Below are positions 11,713-19,793 of a stretch of 64,000 nucleotides of DNA, one piece after another; within the stretch, counting starts at the first letter, position 1; each line of letters begins with the position of its first letter. The stretch spans positions 1,189,577 through 1,253,576 of the forward strand of contig CBDBZO010000002.1 in assembly GCA_965213595.1 (NCBI GenBank), written 5' to 3'. The position numbers and the translations under genes were made by a program. Under the pieces are notes generated by a model. That model did not search any database and was not told the origin of the DNA. It saw only the letters and a list, made by a program, of their open reading frames with translations. Source of the stretch: Caldilineaceae bacterium. GTDB taxonomy: Bacteria > Chloroflexota > Anaerolineae > Caldilineales > Caldilineaceae.

Positions 11713-11741
11713 GGCCACCGGCATCTGTCGGTGGTCGTTTT
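11713..11741 (+). terminator. intrinsic terminator after tRNA-Trp
   Basis: 8-bp stem ggccaccg/cggtggtc followed by gtttt. Confidence 0.55.
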
Positions 11742-11876
11742 CAGCAGAAGACTATTTTCGCGCAAGGGGTTTTTGTGAGAAATTCCGCGCGATAGTGCGC
11801 TTGCAGCAGCACAAGGGACAGCACGGCAAGCGTTTAATTTAGGCAGCCGCCGCAGCGGTAGTTCTCGAGGCATATT

Positions 11877-12221
11877 ATGACCCGTTCCACCAATCGAGTG
11901 TCCAGCCGGACACCCGCCAAGCGCGCCGCCGATCGCGCGGCCGCTCGCGCCAACGCCAAAGTACAGGCCGAGAAGCAGACCAAGTCAGCGGCGAGCAAGC
12001 CTGCGGTTAGCAAAACGCCAAAAAGTCGCTCGTCCAATGCGCTAGTTCGCTATCTGCGCGATACGCGCGCCGAAATCTCCAAGGTAACGTGGCCCACGCG
12101 CGAAGAAGGTACGCGCTTAACCATTATTGTGATGATTGCAACGGTTATTTCCGCGATTGCGCTTTTTGGCGTCGACACCATTTTTGCTCTGCTGATTACT
12201 AACCTGTTGGGGATATTCTAG
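11877..12221 (+). CDS. secE: preprotein translocase subunit SecE (long basic N-terminal extension)
   Basis: VRYLRDTRAEISKVTWPTREE followed by a single TM helix. It sits between tRNA-Trp and nusG. Confidence 0.85.
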   Translation: MTRSTNRVSSRTPAKRAADRAAARANAKVQAEKQTKSAASKPAVSKTPKSRSSNALVRYLRDTRAEISKVTWPTREEGTRLTIIVMIATVISAIALFGVDTIFALLITNLLGIF

Positions 12222-12459
12222 CCTGGCGACGGCTCGCCCCGCGTCGTTCACCAGCCGCCGCGGGCTGCTGAGTTGGGCGCTGTGTCTGGCGAGTTCTGCT
12301 TTCTACAGTTCCCACCGAATCCACCGCGTCGCCCTTGATGCCCCTCAACGTACGACAGCCGGCCACGGCCGCTGCGTCAGATTTTGCGCATGAGTTTGTG
12401 CACATGTACGATGTTTGCACAGGATGGGCAGGGGGCGCGCCTTTGTTTGAGTTTGGAGA

Positions 12460-13104
12460 GTGATTGTGAGCGACGAAAACCAAGACCTTTTAACCGGTAT
12501 CGATGCGGCGGAGCTGGCGGCGATTGACGCTGAAATTGCTGCGCAGCTTGACGCCGAAGCCGAAGAGCCCAGCTCACGACCCGACTGGTTTTTTATCCAT
12601 AGCTATTCGGGGATGGAGAACAAAGTCAAGCGCAACCTGGAGCACCGCGCCGAATCGATGGGGATGTTGGATCGCATTTTGCAGGTTGTTGTGCCAACAG
12701 AAACTGAGATTGAAATTCGCAACGGTCAGCGCAAAGAAGTCGAGAAGCGCGTTTACCCCGGCTACGTGCTGATCAACATGATTTTGGATGAGGATAGCTG
12801 GTACGTAGTGCGCAACACACCGGGGGTGACGGGCTTTGTGGGCATGGGCAACGACCCCACCCCGCTGAGCGAAACCGAAGTCGAAAACATTATGAGCCGC
12901 ATTGAATCGGACGAGCCGCGGATGCGCATCGAGTTCGAGTTGGGCGAGCACGTTCGCATCACCGGCGGGCCCTTTGCTGAATTTAGCGGCATCGTCGACG
13001 AGCTCTATGCGGACAAGGGCAAGGCCAAGGTGCTGGTTAGCTTTTTTAATCGGGAAACGCCCGTTGAGGTTGATTTTCTTCAGCTTGAGCGGGAAGTTCA
13101 ATAA
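12460..13104 (+). CDS. nusG: transcription termination/antitermination factor NusG
   Basis: [21 protein letters not shown]...PGYVLINM...[18 protein letters not shown] (NGN + KOW domains). The start may be GTG 12466, which has better SD spacing, rather than GTG 12460. Confidence 0.9.
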   Translation: MIVSDENQDLLTGIDAAELAAIDAEIAAQLDAEAEEPSSRPDWFFIHSYSGMENKVKRNLEHRAESMGMLDRILQVVVPTETEIEIRNGQRKEVEKRVYPGYVLINMILDEDSWYVVRNTPGVTGFVGMGNDPTPLSETEVENIMSRIESDEPRMRIEFELGEHVRITGGPFAEFSGIVDELYADKGKAKVLVSFFNRETPVEVDFLQLEREVQ

Positions 13105-13202
13105 ATTTTGCTCAACCGAGCAACGACTGGAAATTTAAACGTCTGGGAGCTGGTGCGGTCTTGATTCCCCGCCCGGCGTGGACCAGAAGGAGACTCTTTA
13201 AC

Positions 13203-13628
13203 ATGGCAAAGAAAATTAAAGCGCTGGTTAAGCTGCAAATTCCAGCGGGCAAGGCCAATCCGGCCCCACCCGTGGGTACGGCGCTCGGCCCACACGGCGT
13301 CAACATCATGGGCTTCTGCAAGGATTACAACGCCCGCACACAGGACCAAATGGGCCAGATTGTACCGGTGGAAATTTCCATCTTTACGGATGGCTCGTTT
13401 ACCTTTATTACCAAGACGCCGCCCGCCGTCGACCTGATCAAGCGGGCCATTAGCCTCAACAAAGGCAGCGCCGAACCGAACCGCACGAAAGTTGGCTCGA
13501 TTACGCGTGAGCAGATGCGCGAGATCGCGGAGATCAAGCTGAAGGACTTGAACAACGTGCCCGTCGAGAGCGCCATGCTGATGATCGAAGGCACGGCGCG
13601 CAGCATGGGCGTGACGGTGGCGGACTAG
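13203..13628 (+). CDS. rplK: 50S ribosomal protein L11
   Basis: [45 protein letters not shown] trimmed the ORF-track start (13161) to ATG 13203. Confidence 0.95.
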   Translation: MAKKIKALVKLQIPAGKANPAPPVGTALGPHGVNIMGFCKDYNARTQDQMGQIVPVEISIFTDGSFTFITKTPPAVDLIKRAISLNKGSAEPNRTKVGSITREQMREIAEIKLKDLNNVPVESAMLMIEGTARSMGVTVAD

Positions 13629-13695
13629 AGTATCGACAAACATTGCAAACATTCGTGGGAGGGGTCGCCCCGCTTGCACCACAGGGAGTAAACTT

Positions 13696-14427
13696 ATGGC
13701 AAAGCATGGAAAGCGCTACAACAACGCGCTGGCAAAGGTTGATCGCGAACGCAGCTACGAGCCGAACGAAGCGGTTCAACTCGTTAAGGAGACAGCCACG
13801 GCCAGCTTTGACGAAACCATCGAGCTGCACCTGCGCATGGGGGTGGACCCGCGCCACGCCGATCAGCAGGTGCGCGGCGTGGTAACGCTGCCCAACGGCA
13901 CGGGCCGCACCGTCACGATTCTTGTGTTCGCTGGCCCGGACGGGCAGCAGGCGGCGCGCGAGGCCGGGGCTGACCACGTGGGCGGCGAGGATTTGGCCGC
14001 CGAAGTCCAAAATGGCTGGACGGATTTTGACGTGGTGCTGGCGACGCCGGACATGATGCGCGTTGTCGGCAAGCTCGGCCGCGTATTGGGGCCGCGTGGC
14101 CTCATGCCCAGCCCCAAAGCAGGAACCATCGTGCAGGCCGACGATTTGGCGCGCGTCATTCGGGAATCGCGGCTGGGCCGCGTAGAGTATCGCGTGGACA
14201 AGACGTCAAACATCCACACGCCAATCGGCAAGGCCAGCTTTGACGCACAAAAGCTCGAAGAAAATTTGGCTACGTTGATGGAGGCAATTACGGCAGCGCG
14301 CCCCAGTTCAATCAAGGGCAACTATATTCACCGCGCCACGCTGACAAGCACCATGGGGCCGGGCGTTAAAATTGACACCCACGCAGCCGCCAATCTGCGC
14401 GTAGAGGATGTGCGCAACGGCAGTTAA
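13696..14427 (+). CDS. rplA: 50S ribosomal protein L1
   Basis: MAKHGKRYNNALAKVDRERSYEPNEAV...ETIELHLRMGVDPRHADQQVRG. Confidence 0.95.
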   Translation: MAKHGKRYNNALAKVDRERSYEPNEAVQLVKETATASFDETIELHLRMGVDPRHADQQVRGVVTLPNGTGRTVTILVFAGPDGQQAAREAGADHVGGEDLAAEVQNGWTDFDVVLATPDMMRVVGKLGRVLGPRGLMPSPKAGTIVQADDLARVIRESRLGRVEYRVDKTSNIHTPIGKASFDAQKLEENLATLMEAITAARPSSIKGNYIHRATLTSTMGPGVKIDTHAAANLRVEDVRNGS

Positions 14428-14762
14428 CCGCCGATTACTGGCAGCTTTGCGGGCCGCATCAAAGCATTCTTTGCCAAAAGCTGTCAATTGGTTTATAGTA
14501 AGCAAGAATTTCATACTCTGTTTTGGATGATTTTTCATCCAAACGCTTATGCTGAAGACAACAGGTGCTTTGCTTAAACGCCAGCGCGGCCTGTCGAGGT
14601 AATGAAGCGACGCAGATTTGGCGAATGAGGGTGGCCGTGCCGCTCTTCACTGCCTTTCTGCGCTGATTCAGAATCCGAGCGTCTTCGCCAAAAGCGGGGA
14701 CGCTTTTTTGTGTAAGTCATTGTGTGAGCCATATCGAAACTCTTGGAAAGGAGGGTAGTCAT
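14428..14762 (+). promoter_or_regulatory. long structured rplJ leader (candidate L10-leader-type autoregulatory element)
   Basis: 335-nt untranslated gap between rplA and rplJ. It ends in an intrinsic terminator 50 nt before the rplJ start. The positional analogy to the L10 leader is from memory, and no covariance model was run. Confidence 0.4.
14678..14709 (+). terminator. intrinsic terminator/attenuator inside the rplJ leader
   Basis: 11-bp stem agcgtcttcgc/gcggggacgct (including G-U pairs), loop caaaa, then tttttt. Confidence 0.6.
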
Positions 14763-15329
14763 TTGGCAATTTCCCGAAAGAAGAAAGAAGAGCTGGTTGG
14801 CATTTACAAAGAGCGGCTTGAAAATTCGCCAGCGCTCGTGTTAACGAAGTATCAGGGCATCTCTGTGCCACAGATCAACTCGCTGCGCACGGCTCTGAAC
14901 GACAGCGACACGACCTACATGATCGTTAAAAATACGCTCTTGCAGATCGCGCTGCAGCAAGCGGGCCGCGAGATCGAAAGCGATATTTTTGAGGGGCCCA
15001 ACGCCGTGGCCTTTGTGGGCGAAGATATTGGCAGAGGGGTAACGGCGCTCAAGGATTGGATTAGGCAAGAGGCTGGCGTTATTGAAATTATTGGCGCCGT
15101 GCTCGAATCGCAGGTGCTGAGCGCGAGCGAGGCCGAGTCGCTTTCCGATTTGCCGACGCGTGAAGAAATCTTGGCCGAGGTGCTTGCCGTGCTCGTGGCC
15201 GCGCCGACCAAGCTCGTGCGCACGCTCAACGAAGTGCCCGCCAGCTTGACGCGCGTCGTCAACGCGCCCTTTGCGGACTTGACGCGCGTGATCAACGCGC
15301 GCGCGCAGCAGCTCGAAGGCGGCTCGTAG
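14763..15329 (+). CDS. rplJ: 50S ribosomal protein L10
   Basis: (M)AISRKKKEELVGIYKERLENSPALVLTKYQGISV. Start is TTG 14763, 7 nt after SD ggaggg. The ORF-track start at 14724 lies upstream of the SD. Confidence 0.9.
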   Translation: MAISRKKKEELVGIYKERLENSPALVLTKYQGISVPQINSLRTALNDSDTTYMIVKNTLLQIALQQAGREIESDIFEGPNAVAFVGEDIGRGVTALKDWIRQEAGVIEIIGAVLESQVLSASEAESLSDLPTREEILAEVLAVLVAAPTKLVRTLNEVPASLTRVVNAPFADLTRVINARAQQLEGGS

Positions 15330-15446
15330 TCGGAATTTACAGCGGCTGATTTAGGTGCTCTGTCCCCATCACCTTTTACAATTAGTCGTTGCAATCAAGC
15401 GTATACAGTTAAACTACACAGTCAAAATATAAGGAAGGTAATTCAA

Positions 15447-15833
15447 ATGGCCGATTTGCAAACAATCAAGGAACAGTTGGACGGGTTGACGCTGCTTGAG
15501 GCGTCCGAGCTGGTTAAAATGCTGGAAGAGGCTTGGGGCGTTAGCGCCGCCGCCGCGCCGATGGCGATGGGCGGCATGATGCCGATGGGCGCCGCGGCTG
15601 CCGAGGAAGAAGCCGAAGAGCAAACCGAGTTCGACGTGGTGCTGACGGATTTTGGTGCCAAGAAGATCAACGTGATTAAGGCCGTGCGCGGCCTCACGAG
15701 CCTGGGCCTCAAGGAGGCCAAGGAGCTGGTCGAGAGCGCGCCGTCGCCGGTGCTGCAGGCCGTCTCCAAGGAGGCCGCCGACGATGCCAAGAGCAAGCTC
15801 GAGGCCGAGGGCGCCAAGGTCGACGTGAAGTAG
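15447..15833 (+). CDS. rplL: 50S ribosomal protein L7/L12
   Basis: [32 protein letters not shown]...[23 protein letters not shown]. Confidence 0.97.
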   Translation: MADLQTIKEQLDGLTLLEASELVKMLEEAWGVSAAAAPMAMGGMMPMGAAAAEEEAEEQTEFDVVLTDFGAKKINVIKAVRGLTSLGLKEAKELVESAPSPVLQAVSKEAADDAKSKLEAEGAKVDVK

Positions 15834-15883
15834 CACCCGGCCGCTTTGGTTTAGCAGCGTGCTCCATCAACAGATCAAATTAA

Positions 15884-15913
15884 AAAGAGACGCCCTTGTG
15901 GCGTCTCTTTTTG
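15884..15913 (+). terminator. intrinsic terminator after rplL
   Basis: aaagagacgc-ccttgtg-gcgtctcttt followed by ttg; an A-run precedes the stem. Confidence 0.75.
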
Positions 15914-16087
15914 ATTTAGACAATACTCTTTGCTCCTGCAATGCCTCCCGCGAGGGAGGGTGCATCCCAAAACTAGGCGAGGTCAAGTTAGAGCCCCGTG
16001 AGTTTGCCATGCCCGCCTGATGCAATGGCGTTAGGCCAATCCAAGAAAATAAACATACCGGTGGGGTCAACGCCTCACCTTCCCCAA

Positions 16088-16119
16088 CCCCCTCCTCTCC
16101 ACGCGTGGAGAGGAGGGGG
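16088..16119. repeat. REP-like perfect palindrome ccccctcctctccacgcgtggagaggaggggg
   Basis: Seen directly. It sits in a roughly 900-bp repeat-only stretch (15914-16821) that also carries gttccacgctctgcgtggaa and gtcatttcg-type elements. Confidence 0.75.
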
Positions 16120-16821
16120 CTACCCCGTCGCTTCGTTAACCAGGCAACAGCGAGGGGGTGGTGAGGCGGAACCGGGCATAGTTTATTCCTTGGAATGGCC
16201 TTAAGTTAAGGGTTACTCGTTCCACGCTCTGCGTGGAATGCACTGCTGGAGGCTCTGCCTCTAAAGGGAAGACAGAGCCTCTAGACTGGGTTCCTACGCA
16301 GAGCACGGGAACCAGTTTGCTTAACCTAACGCCATTGAGCGCGTGTGGGAATGACAAAGCTCGACAACGTCGCGACTCGCATGGCCCCAGTAGCTTCAGA
16401 CGCGCCCACATCCGCTCCAAACCAAAACCTCCCAAAAATCTGGGACGCACCCTTTGCTGAAGGGTGCATCCCAGAATTGGGGATAAGTTGTCATTTCGCT
16501 CGCGTAGCGGTCGCTTCGACGCCGGGTCTACCCCGAAAGATAGCAGACGATAGTAGATTAGCGAGAAATCTGGTGGTCAGCGATGGCAGATTCGTTTGCC
16601 GCCTCTCCTCGGCAATCCGCTCGAAATGACATTTTGCCCTCCAAATTGAAATGCACCCTTTACTGAAAAGCCAATTGTGCCACGGCTGCTTTTGTGGTAC
16701 GATAAATACCATACAAGAACGCTGGGCCATCCATCCAGCTTCTTTCCACCCCGCCCGTCTTGATTGAATCACGCACGTTTGTACGCCAAAAACCAAAGAA
16801 TACATTTCCCGGAGGAGGCTC

Positions 16822-17829
16822 ATGCAAAAAGCAAAATCTCTTACGCATCGGTCGGCGCTCTTTTTTGCGCTGGCCGCGTTAACGCTGCTGGTGGCGACGG
16901 GCTGCGGCCCGCGCCTGAGCGGCGGCGAAACGGCCCAGGCCATCAGCGAAGACCAAGCCGTTGTCGATCTACCGGCCTTTGTCGTCGATATCAACGCCGG
17001 CGGCCAGCCCAGCGTTGGTGGCGTGCCCGTGGCGCAGCTGGGTACGCTCGCCAACCAAGACCTGTCCAACCTGGAGCTGCCCGAAGAGTGGGTCACCTAT
17101 TTGACGACGACAGGCGTTCAGCACATCCAGATTGATAACAGCGCCGACGGGCTGACGATTTTGGTCAACGGCCAGTCCGTGCCCTCGATTGCGTGGAACG
17201 GTGAATCGCTGATGACGACGGCTGCGACGCTCGAAACGTTGGGCTTTGGCGTGCCGCTTCTGGAGCAGTTGCTGCCGCTGGTGGAGCAGATGGGCGCGGG
17301 CGTTACCATCCGCTTTCCGGTAAACGAAGGCGTTCAGGAAATTCCGCTGGCGCAGATGGAGAATTCCGTCTCGGCAGATGAGGCTGCGGCCGCCCAGCAG
17401 GCCTTTTTGGAAGCCGTGGCCGCCCCGCCCACGATTCGCGTCGTCGTGAGCTACAGCGACGACGGCACGTGGGTTGTAGAAGATTTGACGGGCCAGCAGT
17501 GGCAGCAGCTGACGAACCTGCCCTTTACCGCGGCCAACCTGGAACCGTCGCTGGTGCGCGGCGCCAGCGCCGCGGGCATCCAAAACATTACGCTTTCCAC
17601 CAATCCACAGGGCATCTTTGTCTCAATCAATGACGAGGATTTGCCCTACCTCTCGTGGGAGAACGGCGAGGTGCTCAACACCATTGCGCTGGCGGACGAA
17701 TTGGGGCTGATCGAGCAGGCCGCCGCCGGCGCGGGCAGCCTCGATGTGGATCAGCTCGTCGCCACCGTCGAGCAGCTGCTGCCCGTTGTGCAGGCGTCGG
17801 ACGTGCAGATCAGCGTGAATTTCCCGTAG
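16822..17829 (+). CDS. hypothetical lipoprotein with an internal two-fold repeat
   Basis: Signal peptide plus lipobox LLVATGC; SD ggaggagg. Two roughly 100-aa segments align: ...LTILVNGQSVPSIAWNGESLMTTAATLETLGF...LLPLVEQMGAGVTIRFP versus ...IFVSINDEDLPYLSWENGEVLNTIALADELGL...LLPVVQASDVQISVNFP. Confidence 0.7.
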   Translation: MQKAKSLTHRSALFFALAALTLLVATGCGPRLSGGETAQAISEDQAVVDLPAFVVDINAGGQPSVGGVPVAQLGTLANQDLSNLELPEEWVTYLTTTGVQHIQIDNSADGLTILVNGQSVPSIAWNGESLMTTAATLETLGFGVPLLEQLLPLVEQMGAGVTIRFPVNEGVQEIPLAQMENSVSADEAAAAQQAFLEAVAAPPTIRVVVSYSDDGTWVVEDLTGQQWQQLTNLPFTAANLEPSLVRGASAAGIQNITLSTNPQGIFVSINDEDLPYLSWENGEVLNTIALADELGLIEQAAAGAGSLDVDQLVATVEQLLPVVQASDVQISVNFP

Positions 17830-17974
17830 GCTCAGAATTTGGGCAAGCTCGCGAATGGCTGAGTCAAAGAAAATGTCACTTTGCCCTTGAGCTGGAATGC
17901 TTTCTCAAAAGGGAGTGCAGTTCAGTTTGGGGCAAGTTCGAGTACAAGCTCAAATTGTAGGACGCGGTGACCTC

Positions 17975-18059
17975 GCCTCACCCCCAAGCCCCCTCTCCAC
18001 GCGTGGAGAGGGGGCTTCACCTGTCGGGACGCCAACGAAATGGCGCGGAGGGGGTGAGG
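17975..18059. repeat. nested REP-like palindrome
   Basis: The inner palindrome gccccctctccacgcgtggagagggggc (17989-18016) is flanked by the outer inverted pair gcctcaccccc / gggggtgaggc. Confidence 0.75.
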
Positions 18060-18120
18060 CCAAATGCCCCGTCTACATAAACTCGCCCCAAACCAAATGC
18101 ACCTGCAAAAAATTGGAGGA

Positions 18121-18149
18121 TTGACAAGCGGCTAAATCTGTAATATCTT
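18121..18149 (+). promoter_or_regulatory. sigma70-type promoter candidate
   Basis: TTGACA (18121-18126), a 17-nt spacer, then TATCTT (18144-18149). Confidence 0.4.
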
Positions 18150-18198
18150 AGAGCGGTAGCAATTATTACTCAGTTCAAGCTAGAAAAGGAGGCGCTCT

Positions 18199-18261
18199 GT
18201 GGAAGTGAACATGACATCTACCCGTTTTATTCAGCGACACAGTGCGTCTACCCTTCGTTAG
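18199..18261 (+). CDS. candidate 20-codon small ORF (MEVNMTSTRFIQRHSASTLR)
   Basis: SD aaggagg (18186-18192) lies 6 nt before GTG 18199; stop TAG at 18259-18261. It is bracketed by the promoter candidate and a strong terminator. It could equally be a non-coding RNA. Confidence 0.3.
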   Translation: MEVNMTSTRFIQRHSASTLR

Positions 18262-18283
18262 CGTGATCTAAGCCCACGCAGCG

Positions 18284-18313
18284 GCCACGGGCGTACTGCT
18301 CCGTGGCTTTTTT
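18284..18313 (+). terminator. intrinsic terminator
   Basis: Stem gccacgg/ccgtggc followed by tttttt. A second similar hairpin agccacggg/cctgtggct lies at 18335-18360. Confidence 0.65.
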
Positions 18314-18428
18314 GATCCAGCATCAAAATCACCCAGCCACGGGACCGGTCGCCTGTGGCTTGTTTATGCATCGATTTATGGGCCGCGGGTGTTCAATCTC
18401 AACACATAGTTGACACAAGGACTACCCA

Positions 18429-19466
18429 TTGAACGCTAATTACCTCGACCTCGACGATTCCTACAGCGAACGCTACGAGGAATATACCCTCAACCACGAT
18501 CCAAACGCCCGCGAGGCCTACGCCGCCAACAAGCCGCCGCGTCCCCAATCCCAAGCGGAGCGCAATCAGCAGCGTCGCGATGCCATTGCCACCCTCACCG
18601 AGTCGACGCGCGGCCTGGAGGATGGCTTTGAAACGACCTATCAACCGGCGCGCTACGAGGAGGGCTGGCTGCTCTCCTCGCTGCGCCAGTTCTACGATGA
18701 ATCGCTGATCAGCGACGTGCTGATGCAGGTGAAGGGTGGCAAGGAGGCCAGCGTCTACTGCTGCCGCGCCGGCCTCAACGCGCGCAAGCTGCTCGGCGTG
18801 GAGCTGATTGCGGCCAAAGTGTATCGCCCGCGTCAATTTCGCAACCTGCGCAACGACGCCATGTACCGCGAGGGGCGCATGTCGCTCACCGCCGAGGGCA
18901 AAGCGCGCCGCCGACCGGAAAGCCGCGTTGATCGCGCGCTCAAGAAGAAGAGCAGCTTTGGCGTGGAGGTGGCGCACACCTCGTGGCTGATGTACGAATA
19001 CGCCACGCTCGAACAGCTGCACGAAGCGGGGGCCGCCGTGCCCCAGCCAATTGCCGCCAGCGACAACGCCATCCTCATGGGCTACCGCGGCGATGTGCAC
19101 CAGGCCGCGTCCACGCTCAACGAAGTTGCCCTTGCGCCGGAGGAAGCGCCCCGGCTCTTTGACGACGCGCTGCGCAACGTCGAGCTGATGCTCTCGCGAA
19201 ACATGGTGCACGGCGATCTCTCCGCCTACAACATCCTCTACTGGGCTGGCGAGCTGACGCTGATCGATTTCCCGCAGGTCGTCAACGTGCAGGGCAACAG
19301 CAGCGCCCGCAAAATCTTCGCGCGCGACGTGCAGCGCGTTTGCGATTACTTCATGCGCCAGGGCGTGCGCTGCGATCCCCTCGCGCTGGCGCAGGAGCTG
19401 TGGGATGAATACGTGGGTGAATCGGCAGCCGAATGGGCCGCCGCCGATTTCTCTCGAAACGAGTGA
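18429..19466 (+). CDS. RIO-type serine protein kinase
   Basis: VKGGKEASVYCC...AAKVYRP...TSWLMYEYATLEQL...AILMGY...MVHGDLSAYNILYWAGELTLIDFPQ matches the RIO1/RIO2 motif order. TTG start. Confidence 0.75.
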   Translation: MNANYLDLDDSYSERYEEYTLNHDPNAREAYAANKPPRPQSQAERNQQRRDAIATLTESTRGLEDGFETTYQPARYEEGWLLSSLRQFYDESLISDVLMQVKGGKEASVYCCRAGLNARKLLGVELIAAKVYRPRQFRNLRNDAMYREGRMSLTAEGKARRRPESRVDRALKKKSSFGVEVAHTSWLMYEYATLEQLHEAGAAVPQPIAASDNAILMGYRGDVHQAASTLNEVALAPEEAPRLFDDALRNVELMLSRNMVHGDLSAYNILYWAGELTLIDFPQVVNVQGNSSARKIFARDVQRVCDYFMRQGVRCDPLALAQELWDEYVGESAAEWAAADFSRNE

Positions 19467-19512
19467 GCTATTCGATAGAGTCGTTTGACGAAGGTCATCT
19501 ACAAATTACCGC

Positions 19513-19559
19513 ACAGCAGAAAGGGTGACGCGCTCTCGATGCGTCACCCTTTCTGCTGT
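19513..19559 (+). terminator. 19-bp perfect hairpin after the RIO kinase gene (no U-tract)
   Basis: acagcagaaagggtgacgc-gctctcgat-gcgtcaccctttctgctgt. Confidence 0.45.
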
Positions 19560-19793
19560 ACAACAGATAGATGACTTTTTGCCGCGGCGTTTAACAGTCG
19601 CCCGCCAGCAAAGGATTTTGCTATCCTTTCGCATCAGCTTCTGAGGCGGTGTGTGGTAAAATGGGTTGTACAGCGTGCCGCGTCAACCGCGCCGCTGAGT
19701 TGCCGCAGCCTTTCTTTAGTATCAGCCATGTCAATAACACTCGGGATGGCCGTCCCCACGTCGATTTCGTCGACGGCTGGCCTTTGATCACTT

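Noticed and set aside
11691-11876. Expected rpmG (L33) between tRNA-Trp and secE.
   Set aside because: No ORF with the L33 Cys-motif pattern exists in any forward frame. Only a terminator hairpin and non-coding sequence are present.
15998-17096. ORF-track entries inside the repeat desert (15998..16204, 16136..16450, 16233..16460, 16345..16629, 16491..17096).
   Set aside because: They are translations of REP-like palindromes and other repeat families, on both strands. They have no SD or start context, and mutually overlapping frames.
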